NCBI GenBank assembly: GCA_963752285.1
Contig: CAVVXN010000001.1
Coordinates: 861,622 to 925,621, forward strand
DNA from: an uncultured Planctomycetota bacterium
GTDB taxonomy: Bacteria; Planctomycetota; PLA2; JAEUHO01
Length of the DNA: 64,000 nucleotides
Direction: 5' to 3'
Below, piece after piece: positions 37,655 through 47,506 of the stretch. Every line of letters starts with the position of its first letter. Positions within the stretch are counted from its first letter, which is position 1. The notes beneath the pieces were generated by a model. That model searched no databases and was not told the DNA's origin. It worked only from the letters and a program-made list of their open reading frames with translations. Position numbers and translations under genes: made by a program.

Positions 37655-38080
37655 ATGCCCACGCTCGATCGCGTCCCGCTCGCGGACCCGAAGCGCTCTT
37701 ATCGCCTTCTCGACGACCTGCCCGGGCCGACCTCGGCCCCCGGCGTTCCCGGCGAGGTGGTCGCGACGTGCGTAGCGCGGCTCTACGACGCGTGGGGCGA
37801 GGACCTCGGCGTCGATAGCGCCATCCTCTACGAGGCGCACGCCGGGGCGTGGCGGCTCGAGGCGCGCAGGGGACGCGCGCTGGGGACGCGCGCTCCCGGG
37901 GGCGGCCGAGATCCAACGCGGGCGGCTGCCCGCGGCGCCCGGGTACGACCTGGCCGGGCGCTCCGTGCCGGCCGCGCTCGTGGTCCGAGACGCCGTGGTG
38001 GGGCTTCGCATGGGCCACGAGGCCCGCATGAAGTCGTCCCACGCCACGATTCTCGCCGTCCGCGTCCCCGCGGACCGACC
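37655..38080 (+). pseudogene. Internally deleted, frameshifted SpoIIE/PP2C-type protein phosphatase remnant
   Basis: GGAGGAG RBS and an N-terminal segment in frame 2, then AAEIQRGRLPAAPGYDLAGRSVPA|ALVVRDAVVGLRMG in frame 3; the catalytic GGD and DxxGHG motifs are absent. Confidence 0.65.
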
Positions 38081-38599
38081 TCAACGCGCGCCCTTCGCCT
38101 TCTTCCTGGCGGGCGCCTTGCGCTTCGCGGCGCTCGCGGCGCGCGCCGACCCGAGCCTCTCCGTGTAGGTCGCCACGTACCGGTCCACCGGCACGCGCGC
38201 CACGGCTTCGCCGATCAGCTCGAGCGGGACGTCCTCGAGTCGCTTGAAGCGGATGCAGGACTTGCCCATGTCGAGGCGCTTCCCGGTCTTCGCCCACGCC
38301 TTCTCGAGCCACGCCCGCTGCGCCGCGTCGCCGTACACGCTCATGAGATAGACGGACACGTACCCCTTCTGCGAGGCGAGCCCCGCGAAGGGGAGCGGCT
38401 CTGCGGGATCGCAGTGGTAGCCGGCTGGGTAGATCGCGTGCGGGACGCACCACCCGATCATCCCGTACTGCATCCTCTCCTCGTAGCCCTTCGGGAGCCT
38501 GCGGTTGATCTCGTCGCGCACGGCCTCGACCAGGGCGCGGCGATCGGGAGGGAGGGCGTCGAGGTAGGCGGCGACCGAGGTGTAGGACGAGCGGGCCAT
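38081..38599 (-). CDS. DUF1801 (YdhG-like) domain protein
   Basis: VAAYLDALP, LPKGYEE.MQYGMIGW.VP...YP.GYH, LASQK.Y.S.Y, LDMGKSCIRFK. Confidence 0.88.
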   Translation of the reverse strand: MARSSYTSVAAYLDALPPDRRALVEAVRDEINRRLPKGYEERMQYGMIGWCVPHAIYPAGYHCDPAEPLPFAGLASQKGYVSVYLMSVYGDAAQRAWLEKAWAKTGKRLDMGKSCIRFKRLEDVPLELIGEAVARVPVDRYVATYTERLGSARAASAAKRKAPARKKAKGAR

Positions 38600-38643
38600 G
38601 ACGTCTCCCGAAGGCGCTGATCCTATCCGAGCCCGAGAGAACC

Positions 38644-39048
38644 CTACGACACCTGTCCCTCGGAGGCCTCCTCCATCGACTTCGGAACGAGGTCGGACGG
38701 TTCGAGGAGCTGGCGCACCTCGATCTCGGAGTTCCTTCCCCTCCCGGCCGGGTTGGGGTAGCGGCGCGACCATTCGACTGCCTCGGCCTTCGACCGGGTC
38801 TCGATCACGGTGTACCCCGCCACGAGGTCGTTCGAACGCTCGAACGGGCCGTCTCGGATCGTGCGGGTGGGACCCTCGTACCGGACGCGCCAGCCCGCGG
38901 CGCTCGGCCGGAGCCCGGAGGCGTCGAGGAGAACGTTCGCCCTCGCGAGCTCGTCGTGGAACTCCTCCATCTCGGCGACCAGGTCCGGTTCGGGACGCCG
39001 CCCGGCCTCGCTCTCCTGCGTCGCCCTCACGAAGATGATGAATCGCAT
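38644..39048 (-). CDS. YciI family protein
   Basis: MRF...V.AT..SEAG, EL..A.VLL..GL.PS, DGPF...LVAGY, EAVEW..R.P, EIEVRQ. Confidence 0.88.
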   Translation of the reverse strand: MRFIIFVRATQESEAGRRPEPDLVAEMEEFHDELARANVLLDASGLRPSAAGWRVRYEGPTRTIRDGPFERSNDLVAGYTVIETRSKAEAVEWSRRYPNPAGRGRNSEIEVRQLLEPSDLVPKSMEEASEGQVS

Positions 39049-39395
39049 CTCGACAGAACCTCGCCACATCGGAGACGGCCGACGCGCCCCGCGTCTTGCC
39101 CGTGAACCCATCGGGGCGACCGTACCGGAATGCGATCCGGTGAAAAGCCCAAAACTCTCGAAACGCCCGGGAGAGGCAGGAGATGTGCCCGGAACGGCGA
39201 TTCCGAACCTTCGGAGGTGGTCCTTTCGTCACAGTGCGCGGCCGGGACGGCTCGCCGCGGGATCGACCTGGGGCGGTCGCGGCGCGGTCGGGGCGCGGGC
39301 CCGGCGCGGCGTCGCGCCCGGCAGGCCGACGCAGCGCTGGTGGACCGCGCGGCGCTGGCCTGCGATCCTCCCACGGACTTCGTCGCGGAGATTCC

Positions 39396-40907
39396 ATGAG
39401 GTTCACCTTCGCTCTCGTGTCGCTCGGCCTGTTCGCCGCATCCGCGTCGGGAGGGGACGGACCGGAACGGCCGCGCCATCCCTACGAGATCGTAGACACC
39501 GCAGAGGACCTCTGCTTCGACGCGACGCACGCGGTTCACGACCCCGCGGCGGCCGCGCCGTTCTTCGGGCAGGACGCGCAGTACGTGGGGAACGAGCCGC
39601 ACTACGCGGACCGCGGCGACGGGACCGTGGACGACCTGGTGACGGGGCTCGAGTGGCAGAAGGACCCCGGCGAGAAGAAGACGTGGTCGGAGGCCGTCGA
39701 TGGCGCGAAGCGCTGTCGCACCGGGGGACACGACGACTGGCGGCTGCCCACGATCAAGGAACTCTACTCCCTGATCCTCTTCAGCGGTCTCGACGTGGAC
39801 CCCCAGAGCGCCTCGTCGGGCGGCGCGCGGCCGTTCCTCGACACCCGGGTCTTCGACTTCTCGTACGGAGACCCCGCGAAGGGGGAGCGTGTCATCGACT
39901 CGCAGTGGGCCTCGTCCACCCGGTACGTCGCCAAGGGGATGGGCGGACAGGACCTCGTGTTCGGCGTGAACTTCGCCGACGGGAGGATCAAGGGCTACCC
40001 GACGCGCATGCGCGGCCGCCCGGGAGGGAAGGGGTTCTTCGTGCGGTACGTGCGGGGGAACCCCGCGTACGGCGAGAACGATCTCCGAGACGGCGGGGAC
40101 GGGACCGTGACCGACCGCGCCACGGGCCTCGTCTGGACGAAGGGGGACAGCGGGACCCTTCGCGCGGGTCCGCGCGGCGACGGCCGGCTGACGTGGGCCG
40201 AGGCGCTGGCGTTCGCCGAGGGGCTCGAGCTCGCCGGGCACGGCGACTGGCGGCTGCCGAACGCGAAGGAGCTGCAGAGCATCGTGGACTACGCCCGGAG
40301 CCCGGGGACCACGGCCTCCGCCGCGATCGACCCGGTGTTCGAGGTCTTTGCGATCCGCGCCGAGGACGGAAAGCAGGACTACCCGTGCTACTGGTCGAGC
40401 ACGACCCACGCCGACGCCCGGGGCGGGAGCGAGGCGGTGTACGTGGCGTTCGGCCGCGCGCTCGGCTGGATGCGGCAGCCGGGGGGCGGCACGGTCACGC
40501 TCCTCGACGTCCACGGCGCCGGCGCCCAGCGGAGCGACCCGAAGGAGGGCGACCCGGCGGCGTTCCCGCACGGCCGCGGTCCGCAGGGGGACGTGATCCG
40601 GATCCTCAACTACGTGCGCGCCGTGCGGGGTGGGACCGCGAGCCTCCGGCGGTTCGGACCTCCGCTCCCCGCCTCGACCGGCGGCGGCCGCGACGCGCCG
40701 CCGCCCGCCGGCGGCCGCGGGTTCATCGAGCGCCTCGACGAGGACGGCGACGGCCGGGTCTCCCGCCGCGAGTTCGACGGTCCGCCCGAGCGCTTCCGGG
40801 ACTTCGACCGGAACGGAGACGGCTACATCGACGAGAGCGAGGCTCCGACGGGACCGCCGTCGGGGGCCGGGGGCGACCGCCCGCCGCGCGGCGGGCCCGG
40901 CCGCTGA
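39396..40907 (+). CDS. Secreted protein with two DUF1566 (Lcl-like) domains and a C-terminal EF-hand pair
   Basis: Signal peptide; twice DGTV.D..TGL.W...TW.EA...DWRLP..KEL.S; DEDGDGRVSRRE and DRNGDGYIDESE. Confidence 0.87.
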   Translation: MRFTFALVSLGLFAASASGGDGPERPRHPYEIVDTAEDLCFDATHAVHDPAAAAPFFGQDAQYVGNEPHYADRGDGTVDDLVTGLEWQKDPGEKKTWSEAVDGAKRCRTGGHDDWRLPTIKELYSLILFSGLDVDPQSASSGGARPFLDTRVFDFSYGDPAKGERVIDSQWASSTRYVAKGMGGQDLVFGVNFADGRIKGYPTRMRGRPGGKGFFVRYVRGNPAYGENDLRDGGDGTVTDRATGLVWTKGDSGTLRAGPRGDGRLTWAEALAFAEGLELAGHGDWRLPNAKELQSIVDYARSPGTTASAAIDPVFEVFAIRAEDGKQDYPCYWSSTTHADARGGSEAVYVAFGRALGWMRQPGGGTVTLLDVHGAGAQRSDPKEGDPAAFPHGRGPQGDVIRILNYVRAVRGGTASLRRFGPPLPASTGGGRDAPPPAGGRGFIERLDEDGDGRVSRREFDGPPERFRDFDRNGDGYIDESEAPTGPPSGAGGDRPPRGGPGR

Positions 40908-40943
40908 CCGCGTGATTCGGGACCGTCGATGGACAATCTCAGC

Positions 40944-40949
40944 TAGGTT
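40944..40949 (+). promoter_or_regulatory. Putative -10 (TAGGTT) 6 nt before the kup ATG; leaderless candidate
   Basis: TAGGTT-CTGGGG-ATG. Confidence 0.45.
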
Positions 40950-40955
40950 CTGGGG

Positions 40956-42842
40956 ATGGCGCAGGAGAACGAAGAGGCCGAAGGCGGCCGGCTGGCCGTC
41001 CTCTCCTTGACCGCGCTGGGCGTCGTGTTCGGCGACATCGGGACCAGCCCGCTCTACGCCATCCGCGAGTGCTTCTTCGGCGAATACGCGATCGGCCTGG
41101 GACGGGAGTCCGTGCTGGGTGTGCTGTCGCTCGTCTTCTGGGCCCTGATCGTCGTCGTCTCGATCAAGTACCTCACCTTCATCCTGCGCGCCGACAACAA
41201 CGGGGAGGGCGGCGTGCTGGCCCTGATGGCCCTCGCCAGCCCTTCGAGCCAGCCGCGGTCCCGCGCGAAGCTCGTCCTCGTCATCCTCGGCCTGTTCGGC
41301 GCGTCGCTGCTCTACGGCGACGGCATGATCACCCCCGCGATCTCCGTCCTGAGCGCCGCCGAGGGCCTGGAGGTCGCCACGACGGTCTTTCAGCCGTGGG
41401 TCCTGCCCATCACGATCGTGATCCTGATCGGGCTCTTCCTGTTCCAACGGCGCGGCACCGCGCGGATCGGCGCGGTCTTCGGTCCGGTCATGATCGTCTG
41501 GTTCGTGACGATCGCGATCCTGGGCGCCCGAAGCATCGTGACGACGCCCGAGGTGCTGTCGGCCCTGAACCCCTGGTACGCCGCGCACTTCCTCTTCGGA
41601 ACCGGCCCGACCGGGTTCCTGGTCCTGGGCGCCGTCTTCCTGGTCGTGACCGGGGCGGAGGCCCTCTACGCCGACATCGGGCACTTCGGCACGCGGCCGA
41701 TCCGGATCGGATGGTTCGGTTTCGTGCTGCCGGCCCTCGTCCTCAACTACTTCGGCCAGGGCGCCCTCCTGCTCCGGAGTCCCCACGCCGCCCACAACCC
41801 CTTCTACAACCTGGCCCCCTCCTGGGCGCTCTACCCGCTCGTGGCCCTCTCGGCCTGCGCCACCGTCATCGCGAGCCAGGCCGTGATCTCGGGCGCCTTC
41901 TCCCTCACGCGGCAGGCCATCCAGCTCGGGTACTGCCCGCGCCTGCGCGTCGAGCACACGTCGTCGCTGGAGATCGGGCAGATCTACGTGCCCTGGGTCA
42001 ACACCGTGCTCCTGATCGCCACGGTCTGCCTGGTCCTCTTCTTCCGGTCGTCGAGCGCGCTGGCTGCGGCCTACGGCGTCGCCGTGACCACGACGATGAT
42101 CCTCACGACGACGATCTTCTACTACGTCGCGCGCGAGCGGTGGCACTGGAGTCGGCTGACGGCGGGACTGCCGTGCCTCGCGTTCCTGGCCGTGGACCTC
42201 GCGTTCTTCGGCGCGAACGTGATCAAGATCGCGCACGGTGCGTGGTTCCCGCTCGCGGTCGGCCTCGTGGTGTTCACCCTCCTCATCACGTGGAAGCGCG
42301 GACGCGGGATCCTGAGCCGCATCTACGCCGCCAAGATGAAACCGATCGAGACGTTCTTCGAGGAGATCGACGAGAACCCGCCCGCCCGTGTCCCCGGGCG
42401 TGCCGCCTACCTGACGAGCAACCGGGACGGCGTCCCGCCCGTGCTCGTCCACAACCTCCGGCACAACCGCGTCCTCCACGAGCAGGTCGTGCTGCTCACG
42501 GTCGTGAACGAGGAGGTGCCGCGCGTCCCGAGCGGCCGACACGTCGAGGTCGAGGACCTCCACCGCGGCCTCTTCCGGGTGGTCGCACACTACGGTTTCA
42601 TGGAGTCGCCGAGCGTTCCCCACATCCTCGGCGCGGCGAAGCTGAAGGGCCTCGACCTGACCATGGAGGACACGAGCTTCTTCCTCGGACGGGAGAACGT
42701 GATCGTGCGGGGCACGGAACACCTCCCCGGGTGGCAGGCGCACCTCTTCCGCTTCATGGCGCGGAACGCGGCGGGCGTCAGCGGATGGTTCCGGATCCCC
42801 CCCGACCGCGTGATCGAGGTCGGCGCGCAGGTCGAGATCTGA
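40956..42842 (+). CDS. kup: Potassium uptake transporter Kup
   Basis: ALGVVFGDIGTSPLY, ADNNGEGG, GDGMITPAISVLSA, TGAEALYAD.GHFG, IASQAVISG, GQIYVP. Confidence 0.96.
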   Translation: MAQENEEAEGGRLAVLSLTALGVVFGDIGTSPLYAIRECFFGEYAIGLGRESVLGVLSLVFWALIVVVSIKYLTFILRADNNGEGGVLALMALASPSSQPRSRAKLVLVILGLFGASLLYGDGMITPAISVLSAAEGLEVATTVFQPWVLPITIVILIGLFLFQRRGTARIGAVFGPVMIVWFVTIAILGARSIVTTPEVLSALNPWYAAHFLFGTGPTGFLVLGAVFLVVTGAEALYADIGHFGTRPIRIGWFGFVLPALVLNYFGQGALLLRSPHAAHNPFYNLAPSWALYPLVALSACATVIASQAVISGAFSLTRQAIQLGYCPRLRVEHTSSLEIGQIYVPWVNTVLLIATVCLVLFFRSSSALAAAYGVAVTTTMILTTTIFYYVARERWHWSRLTAGLPCLAFLAVDLAFFGANVIKIAHGAWFPLAVGLVVFTLLITWKRGRGILSRIYAAKMKPIETFFEEIDENPPARVPGRAAYLTSNRDGVPPVLVHNLRHNRVLHEQVVLLTVVNEEVPRVPSGRHVEVEDLHRGLFRVVAHYGFMESPSVPHILGAAKLKGLDLTMEDTSFFLGRENVIVRGTEHLPGWQAHLFRFMARNAAGVSGWFRIPPDRVIEVGAQVEI

Positions 42843-42867
42843 TCCCGGGCCCGCGCCGGCGTCGCGC

Positions 42868-44511
42868 CTACCTCCGCAGCACGACGACGACGTCGTTGCG
42901 ATCGTGCCGAACGTCGCCGAGGTCCACGCTGGCGTGGGCGCGCCCGTCGTCCGTCTCGACCTCCACCCTCCAGCGGCCGGGCAGGAGCGCGAGCCCGAGC
43001 CGGTCGCCGCTCCGCCCCCGCGGGCCCTGGACGGCGAGGGGCAGATCGTCGCTCGAGACGCAAACCCTCGCGAGGGATCGCGTCGGTCGGAGCGCGCCGT
43101 CGATCGACTCCACGATCGAGCCTTCGACCCGGAGGAGGGGCGCCACCGGAATCTCGACGTCGCCGTCCTCGCGCGCGACGGCCCAGCCCTTCTCCCGCTC
43201 GCCCGAGCCGTCCGCCGGCCATGTCTCTGCGACGAGGTCCACGCGGTGTTCGGGCAGCCCCGGAAAGGAGAAGCGTAGCGCGTCGTCGAGCGGCGCCGTC
43301 CCGAGCAGGAGGTGTCCGGCGTATGCGCCCACGCGTCCGTGGACGCCGAGCGGCTCGGAGACCGTCACGTGGCCCGAGACCGGTCGCCCCGGCTGGAGGC
43401 GCACGTCGATCGGCTCCTCGGTCGGGACCACGTCCGCGAGGTGCTGGACCCGTCCGTCGTCGAGGGGGCCGACCCAGAGGCCGATCCGGAGGTCGTCCGC
43501 GAGGGCCGGAAGGGCGAACGGCGCGCCGCCGACGACGTGGTTCGCGCTGGTCACGACCTCGCCGTTCCGCTCGTCGATCACGGCGACGGGGACCCGTCGG
43601 CCGGGCTCGAGGTCGGGGAAGAGGAGGCGGAGCCGTGGCCGCCCGGACACGACGACCTCCACCGGGCTCCCGTCCACGAGGACCTGCTGCCAGGCGCCGG
43701 GGTCGTGGATCGACGCGGAGGAGATGCCGCGCGGTCCCGGACGGATCTCGATCGTGGTCCCCCGTGCGAAGGGACCGAGGAGCAATCGGCCCCGTGCGTC
43801 GGAGGTCTCGCCCCACCACCCGTGTAGAGGCTCGTCGCCGAAGCGCGCGCGGAACAGGATCCGCTGCGCCGGACGGACTTCGCGCCACGGGTCCACGGTG
43901 AGCACCGGGAGGTAGGCCAGGTCGTCGAGCGAGATCCGGTCGAGGCCCGCGAGGTCCACCCCGGCCGGGTCGTCGCGCACCACGACGGTCTGGTGCGCCG
44001 CGGCCCGGTCGGTCTCGACCGCGATCCGGGTGAGGAGGGCGCCCTCTGGCCACAGCAAGGTGACGCACCCGTCCTCGGCGGTGCCGGTCGAGATGCGCGT
44101 GGTCGTCCCGTCGGGCCTCGTCACCCAGAGCGCGACCGCGGCGCCGGCGACGCCCCGGCCCGCGGCATCGACGACGCGGGACTCGACCCGATGCGAGGTC
44201 GGCGGCGTGGGGTCGCCGTCCGGAGAGGGGGCGCGCGTCGCGTCGCTTCGCGCCGCGGTCGCCTCGGCCGGACCGGCAGGACGGCGATCGACCGCTTCGG
44301 CCCCGCGGCGCGCGGCGGCGTCGGGCTCCGCGTTCCCCGCGAGGTGAGCGGGCGTCGGCGCCGCGGACGCGGGGTGCGCGCCGCGGCGCAGGAGCGCCCC
44401 GCTGCGCTCGGGCGCCACGCCCGTCCGTCCGGCGAGGGCGAGGGCCACCAAGCCGAGCGCGACCGCGGGCAGGCTCCCGGTGAGCAGCCGGCGGCGCGAG
44501 GTCCACCCCAC
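42868..44511 (-). CDS. Membrane-anchored carboxypeptidase regulatory-like domain protein (start uncertain; ATG at 44547 possible)
   Basis: N-terminal TM, VVDAAGRGVAGA.V, SDARGR, LLPGRWRVEV repeats. Confidence 0.68.
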   Translation of the reverse strand: MGWTSRRRLLTGSLPAVALGLVALALAGRTGVAPERSGALLRRGAHPASAAPTPAHLAGNAEPDAAARRGAEAVDRRPAGPAEATAARSDATRAPSPDGDPTPPTSHRVESRVVDAAGRGVAGAAVALWVTRPDGTTTRISTGTAEDGCVTLLWPEGALLTRIAVETDRAAAHQTVVVRDDPAGVDLAGLDRISLDDLAYLPVLTVDPWREVRPAQRILFRARFGDEPLHGWWGETSDARGRLLLGPFARGTTIEIRPGPRGISSASIHDPGAWQQVLVDGSPVEVVVSGRPRLRLLFPDLEPGRRVPVAVIDERNGEVVTSANHVVGGAPFALPALADDLRIGLWVGPLDDGRVQHLADVVPTEEPIDVRLQPGRPVSGHVTVSEPLGVHGRVGAYAGHLLLGTAPLDDALRFSFPGLPEHRVDLVAETWPADGSGEREKGWAVAREDGDVEIPVAPLLRVEGSIVESIDGALRPTRSLARVCVSSDDLPLAVQGPRGRSGDRLGLALLPGRWRVEVETDDGRAHASVDLGDVRHDRNDVVVVLRR

Positions 44512-44818
44512 GCGGGCAGGATGGCACGCGGCGACGGACTCGTCCATGCGCCGGGTGGCCCGCCGCGTCCCGTCCGGCCTGCGCCGGGGCCTCGCAGCCG
44601 GTCCGCGTCGGCCCGTCTCCGCGGCCCGCACGACGGGGGGCGTGCCCCGCCGATCCCGCTATCCTCCGGACTGACAGAACGTCTCTTGCTCGCCGCGGCA
44701 TGGGGAGTGGCACTGCGTCCCGCCCACGCTCGGCGGTCGCACCAGCGCTCGTGTCAATCGATGGCGCTGCCCCGCGCGGAAATGGTTCCGGGCCGGGCGG
44801 CGCCGCCCAGGGTTCCAC

Positions 44819-45151
44819 ATGTCCCAGAACAAGCTGTACGTCGGCAACATGTCGTTCCAGAGCACCCAGCAGGACCTCGAGGAGGCCTTCGGGGCGTACG
44901 GGACGGTCGTGAGCGTCGACGTGATCATGGATCGCGACACGGGGAGGCCGCGCGGCTTCGCCTTCGTCGAGATGGGCAGCGATGCCGAGGCGCAGGCCGC
45001 GATGGAAGGCCTCGACGGTACGCAGCTCGGAGGCAGAAGCCTCAAGGTCAACGTCGCGAGGCCGCGCGAGCCGCGCTCGGGTGGCGGCGGCCGCGGAGGG
45101 TACGGTGGCGGCTACGGCGGCGGTGGCGGCGGACGCCGCGACCGCTGGTAG
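44819..45151 (+). CDS. RRM-type RNA-binding protein with Gly-rich tail
   Basis: RNP2 LYVGNM, RNP1 [21 protein letters not shown] repeats. Confidence 0.95.
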   Translation: MSQNKLYVGNMSFQSTQQDLEEAFGAYGTVVSVDVIMDRDTGRPRGFAFVEMGSDAEAQAAMEGLDGTQLGGRSLKVNVARPREPRSGGGGRGGYGGGYGGGGGGRRDRW

Positions 45152-45188
45152 TCGCGCTCGTCGTCCCACCGGCGAGACCGGTTCCTCG

Positions 45189-45228
45189 GGTCCCCTCCGC
45201 GACGCCGGCGTCGTGGGGGGGACCTTCT
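45189..45228 (+). terminator. Strong hairpin, probable intrinsic terminator after the RRM gene (between convergent genes)
   Basis: GGTCCCCTCCGCGACG-CCGG-CGTCGTGGGGGGGACC: 16-bp stem (2 G-U pairs) followed by TTCT. Confidence 0.65.
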
Positions 45229-45262
45229 CGTATGGGGATCGTCGCGCGCCGGGGACCGCGCC

Positions 45263-46003
45263 TCACGAGTCGAAGCTCGCGCGGAGGATCGTCGCGCGGA
45301 AGAACTCGTCCTCGATCGTGGGCGTTGCGGCGTCGCCCCAGCCGGCCCGCACGCGGGTGGGGATCGAGACGCCCTCGAAGCGAGACTCGCTCTCCACCTC
45401 GGCCTGGAACCGTCGCCGTCCGAACCCGCCGTCCGGGAGCTCTGCCCAACGGTCGATCCAGACGCGCTCGAGCGTCCCGTCGCCGCGCACGCGGAGGTGG
45501 AGGACGACGTCCTCCTTCGCGATGCGCCACGACGCGGTCGTCGTGTCGTCGTCAAGGTCCTCCCAGCTCACCCTCCGGTCGAGCAGCGCGCCCGGGCAGA
45601 AGATCGACTCGGCCGCGGCCCGGCCCGCGCCCGATCGCATGACGTCGTGGCCGCGCTTGCGCACGACCGGAACGAGCCCGAGGTAGCGCCAGCCGAGCCA
45701 ACCCCGACCGTCCACGAGGCCGTCGCTCCCGACGATCGGCGTCGGCAGGCGACCCACGGTCGCGCGCCAGAAGAAACCCCGGGTCGGCGCCAGCGTCTCC
45801 CGGGCGCGGAAGGGTCGCCATCGACCGATCCGGATCTCCCCCTCCATCTCGAGCTCCACCGAGTCCGCGAGGGAGGCCCCGGGGGTCAGGACGTGGCCGT
45901 ACCAGCGGCTCGCCACCGGCGGGAGGTCCGCGGTGGACCGGGGATGGAACGCCTCCTCCGTGCCGTGAAGCCGCTCCCTCAGGCACCGGGAGGCGCGTCC
46001 CAT
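45263..46003 (-). CDS. DUF6544-like conserved protein
   Basis: ADLPP...RW, MEGEIR.G.W.PFRA.E, GFFW.A, AE....P.ALL...V.WE, G..IPT....GW. Confidence 0.7.
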   Translation of the reverse strand: MGRASRCLRERLHGTEEAFHPRSTADLPPVASRWYGHVLTPGASLADSVELEMEGEIRIGRWRPFRARETLAPTRGFFWRATVGRLPTPIVGSDGLVDGRGWLGWRYLGLVPVVRKRGHDVMRSGAGRAAAESIFCPGALLDRRVSWEDLDDDTTTASWRIAKEDVVLHLRVRGDGTLERVWIDRWAELPDGGFGRRRFQAEVESESRFEGVSIPTRVRAGWGDAATPTIEDEFFRATILRASFDS

Positions 46004-46010
46004 GGGGCAG

Positions 46011-46016
46011 AGCCTA
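46011..46016 (-). promoter_or_regulatory. Putative -10 (TAGGCT) 7 nt before ATG; leaderless candidate
   Basis: Minus strand TAGGCT-CTGCCCC-ATG. Confidence 0.5.
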
Positions 46017-46093
46017 TCGCGCGCCCCGGTCGAAGGCGCGGGTTCGCCGACGCCGGGGGGGGCTCGCGGCCCGGCCCGTCGCCACGGCCCGCG

Positions 46094-46576
46094 TCACCGG
46101 TACGACGGCCGACCGAGCGCGCGCATGAGGAGGGAGATCTGCCCGGCGTGCCACACGTCGTGGTGGATCACCCCGTGCAGCGTGAGGTAGCTCGGCGCGA
46201 CGCCCTGCCTCCCGGGCAGGGGCCGGTCGAGCGCCGCGTCGTCGAGGCCCAGGACGGCGCTCCGGGTGGATTCGAGCACCTCGCGGAGGCGGTCGAGGTC
46301 CCGTTGCCACGCCACCTCGTCCGGACCGGGGACGGGCGGCCAGTCGCGCGCGTCCGAGGCCGCGATCCAGATGCCCGCGAGGCGCTCGAGCGCGATCTCG
46401 TGCCAGCTGATCAGGTGTTTCACGATCTCGTGGATCGAGTGCACGCCCTCGATCGGGTGCGTCGCGGCCTGCTCCGCGTCCACGCCCTCGAGGACCTGCA
46501 GGAGACCGGGCCCGTGCCAGCCCGGCCCGCCCATCGTCTCCTGGAGGAGTGCCGCGATGCGTCCGACCGCCTTCAT
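46094..46576 (-). CDS. DinB family protein
   Basis: GWHGP, HSIHEIVKHL..W, DWP, HGVIHHDVWHAGQI; ATGA coupling to pirin. Confidence 0.9.
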   Translation of the reverse strand: MKAVGRIAALLQETMGGPGWHGPGLLQVLEGVDAEQAATHPIEGVHSIHEIVKHLISWHEIALERLAGIWIAASDARDWPPVPGPDEVAWQRDLDRLREVLESTRSAVLGLDDAALDRPLPGRQGVAPSYLTLHGVIHHDVWHAGQISLLMRALGRPSYR

Positions 46577-47493
46577 TTGGACCTCGCGCCGCTCGCTGGG
46601 AGGAAGGTGCCCGCGTCGAGCTCGCGGAACGCCTGCTGGAGCTCCTCCTGCGTGTTCATCACGATCGGACCGTACCACGCGACGGGCTCTCCGAGCGGTC
46701 TCCCGTGCACGAGGAGGAATCGCGTGCCCGTCTCGCCCGCCTCCACCTCCACCTCGTCGCCCTCGCCGAACACCACGAGGGTCCGGTTCTCGGCGAGCGC
46801 GGGAGGGGACGTGTCGGACCAACCGCTCGCCTCGGTCGGCACGGCGAGCGGACCCGACGCGTGGCAGAACCGCGCCGCGCCTTCGAAGACGTACGCGAAC
46901 GCGTGGTGCCCCGCGGGGGCGGCGAACGTCTTGCGGGCCTCCGGGGGCAGGGTGACGTCGAGGTACGTCGGCTCGGCCGCGACCCCCTCGACGGGGCCGC
47001 GCGTCGCTTGGAACCGGCCGCACACGACGCGGACGACCGACCCGTCGTCGTCCTCGACGCGCGGGATCTGCCCCGCGGGGACCCCCTGGTACCGAGGCGG
47101 CGTCATCTTGAGGGCCCGCGGCAGGTTCAACCAGAGCTGGAAGCCGTACATGCGGCCCGTCGCGTCGCCCTTCGGCATCTCCTGGTGGATGATGCCCCCA
47201 CCCGCCGTCATCCACTGCACGTCGCCGGGGCCGATGACACCGCGGTTTCCCATGCTGTCGCCGTGCTCCACCGACCCCGCGAGCACGTACGTGACCGTCT
47301 CGATCCCGCGGTGCGGATGCCACGGGAAGCCCGCGCGGTAGTCGTCGGGGCTCTCCCCACGGAAGTCGTCGAGCAGCAGGAAGGGATCGAGGTCGTGTCC
47401 CCCCCCGAACCCGAACGCGCGGTGGAGCCTCACCCCCGCGCCTTCCAGGGTCGGTCTGGCCTTCGCGATTCGCTTCACCTCTCGGAGCGCCAT
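46573..47493 (-). CDS. Pirin family protein
   Basis: EGAGV...R, DPFLLLD, GFPWHPHRGIETVTY, QWMTAG.GI.HQE, FQLWLNLP, YGPIVMN. Confidence 0.95.
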   Translation of the reverse strand: MALREVKRIAKARPTLEGAGVRLHRAFGFGGGHDLDPFLLLDDFRGESPDDYRAGFPWHPHRGIETVTYVLAGSVEHGDSMGNRGVIGPGDVQWMTAGGGIIHQEMPKGDATGRMYGFQLWLNLPRALKMTPPRYQGVPAGQIPRVEDDDGSVVRVVCGRFQATRGPVEGVAAEPTYLDVTLPPEARKTFAAPAGHHAFAYVFEGAARFCHASGPLAVPTEASGWSDTSPPALAENRTLVVFGEGDEVEVEAGETGTRFLLVHGRPLGEPVAWYGPIVMNTQEELQQAFRELDAGTFLPASGARSK

Positions 47494-47506
47494 GCCACCT
47501 CCAGCC

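Noticed and set aside
39049..39395. Riboswitch in the comparatively AT-rich divergent intergenic region
   Set aside because: No riboswitch consensus recognised by eye; more simply divergent promoters. An Rfam scan would settle it
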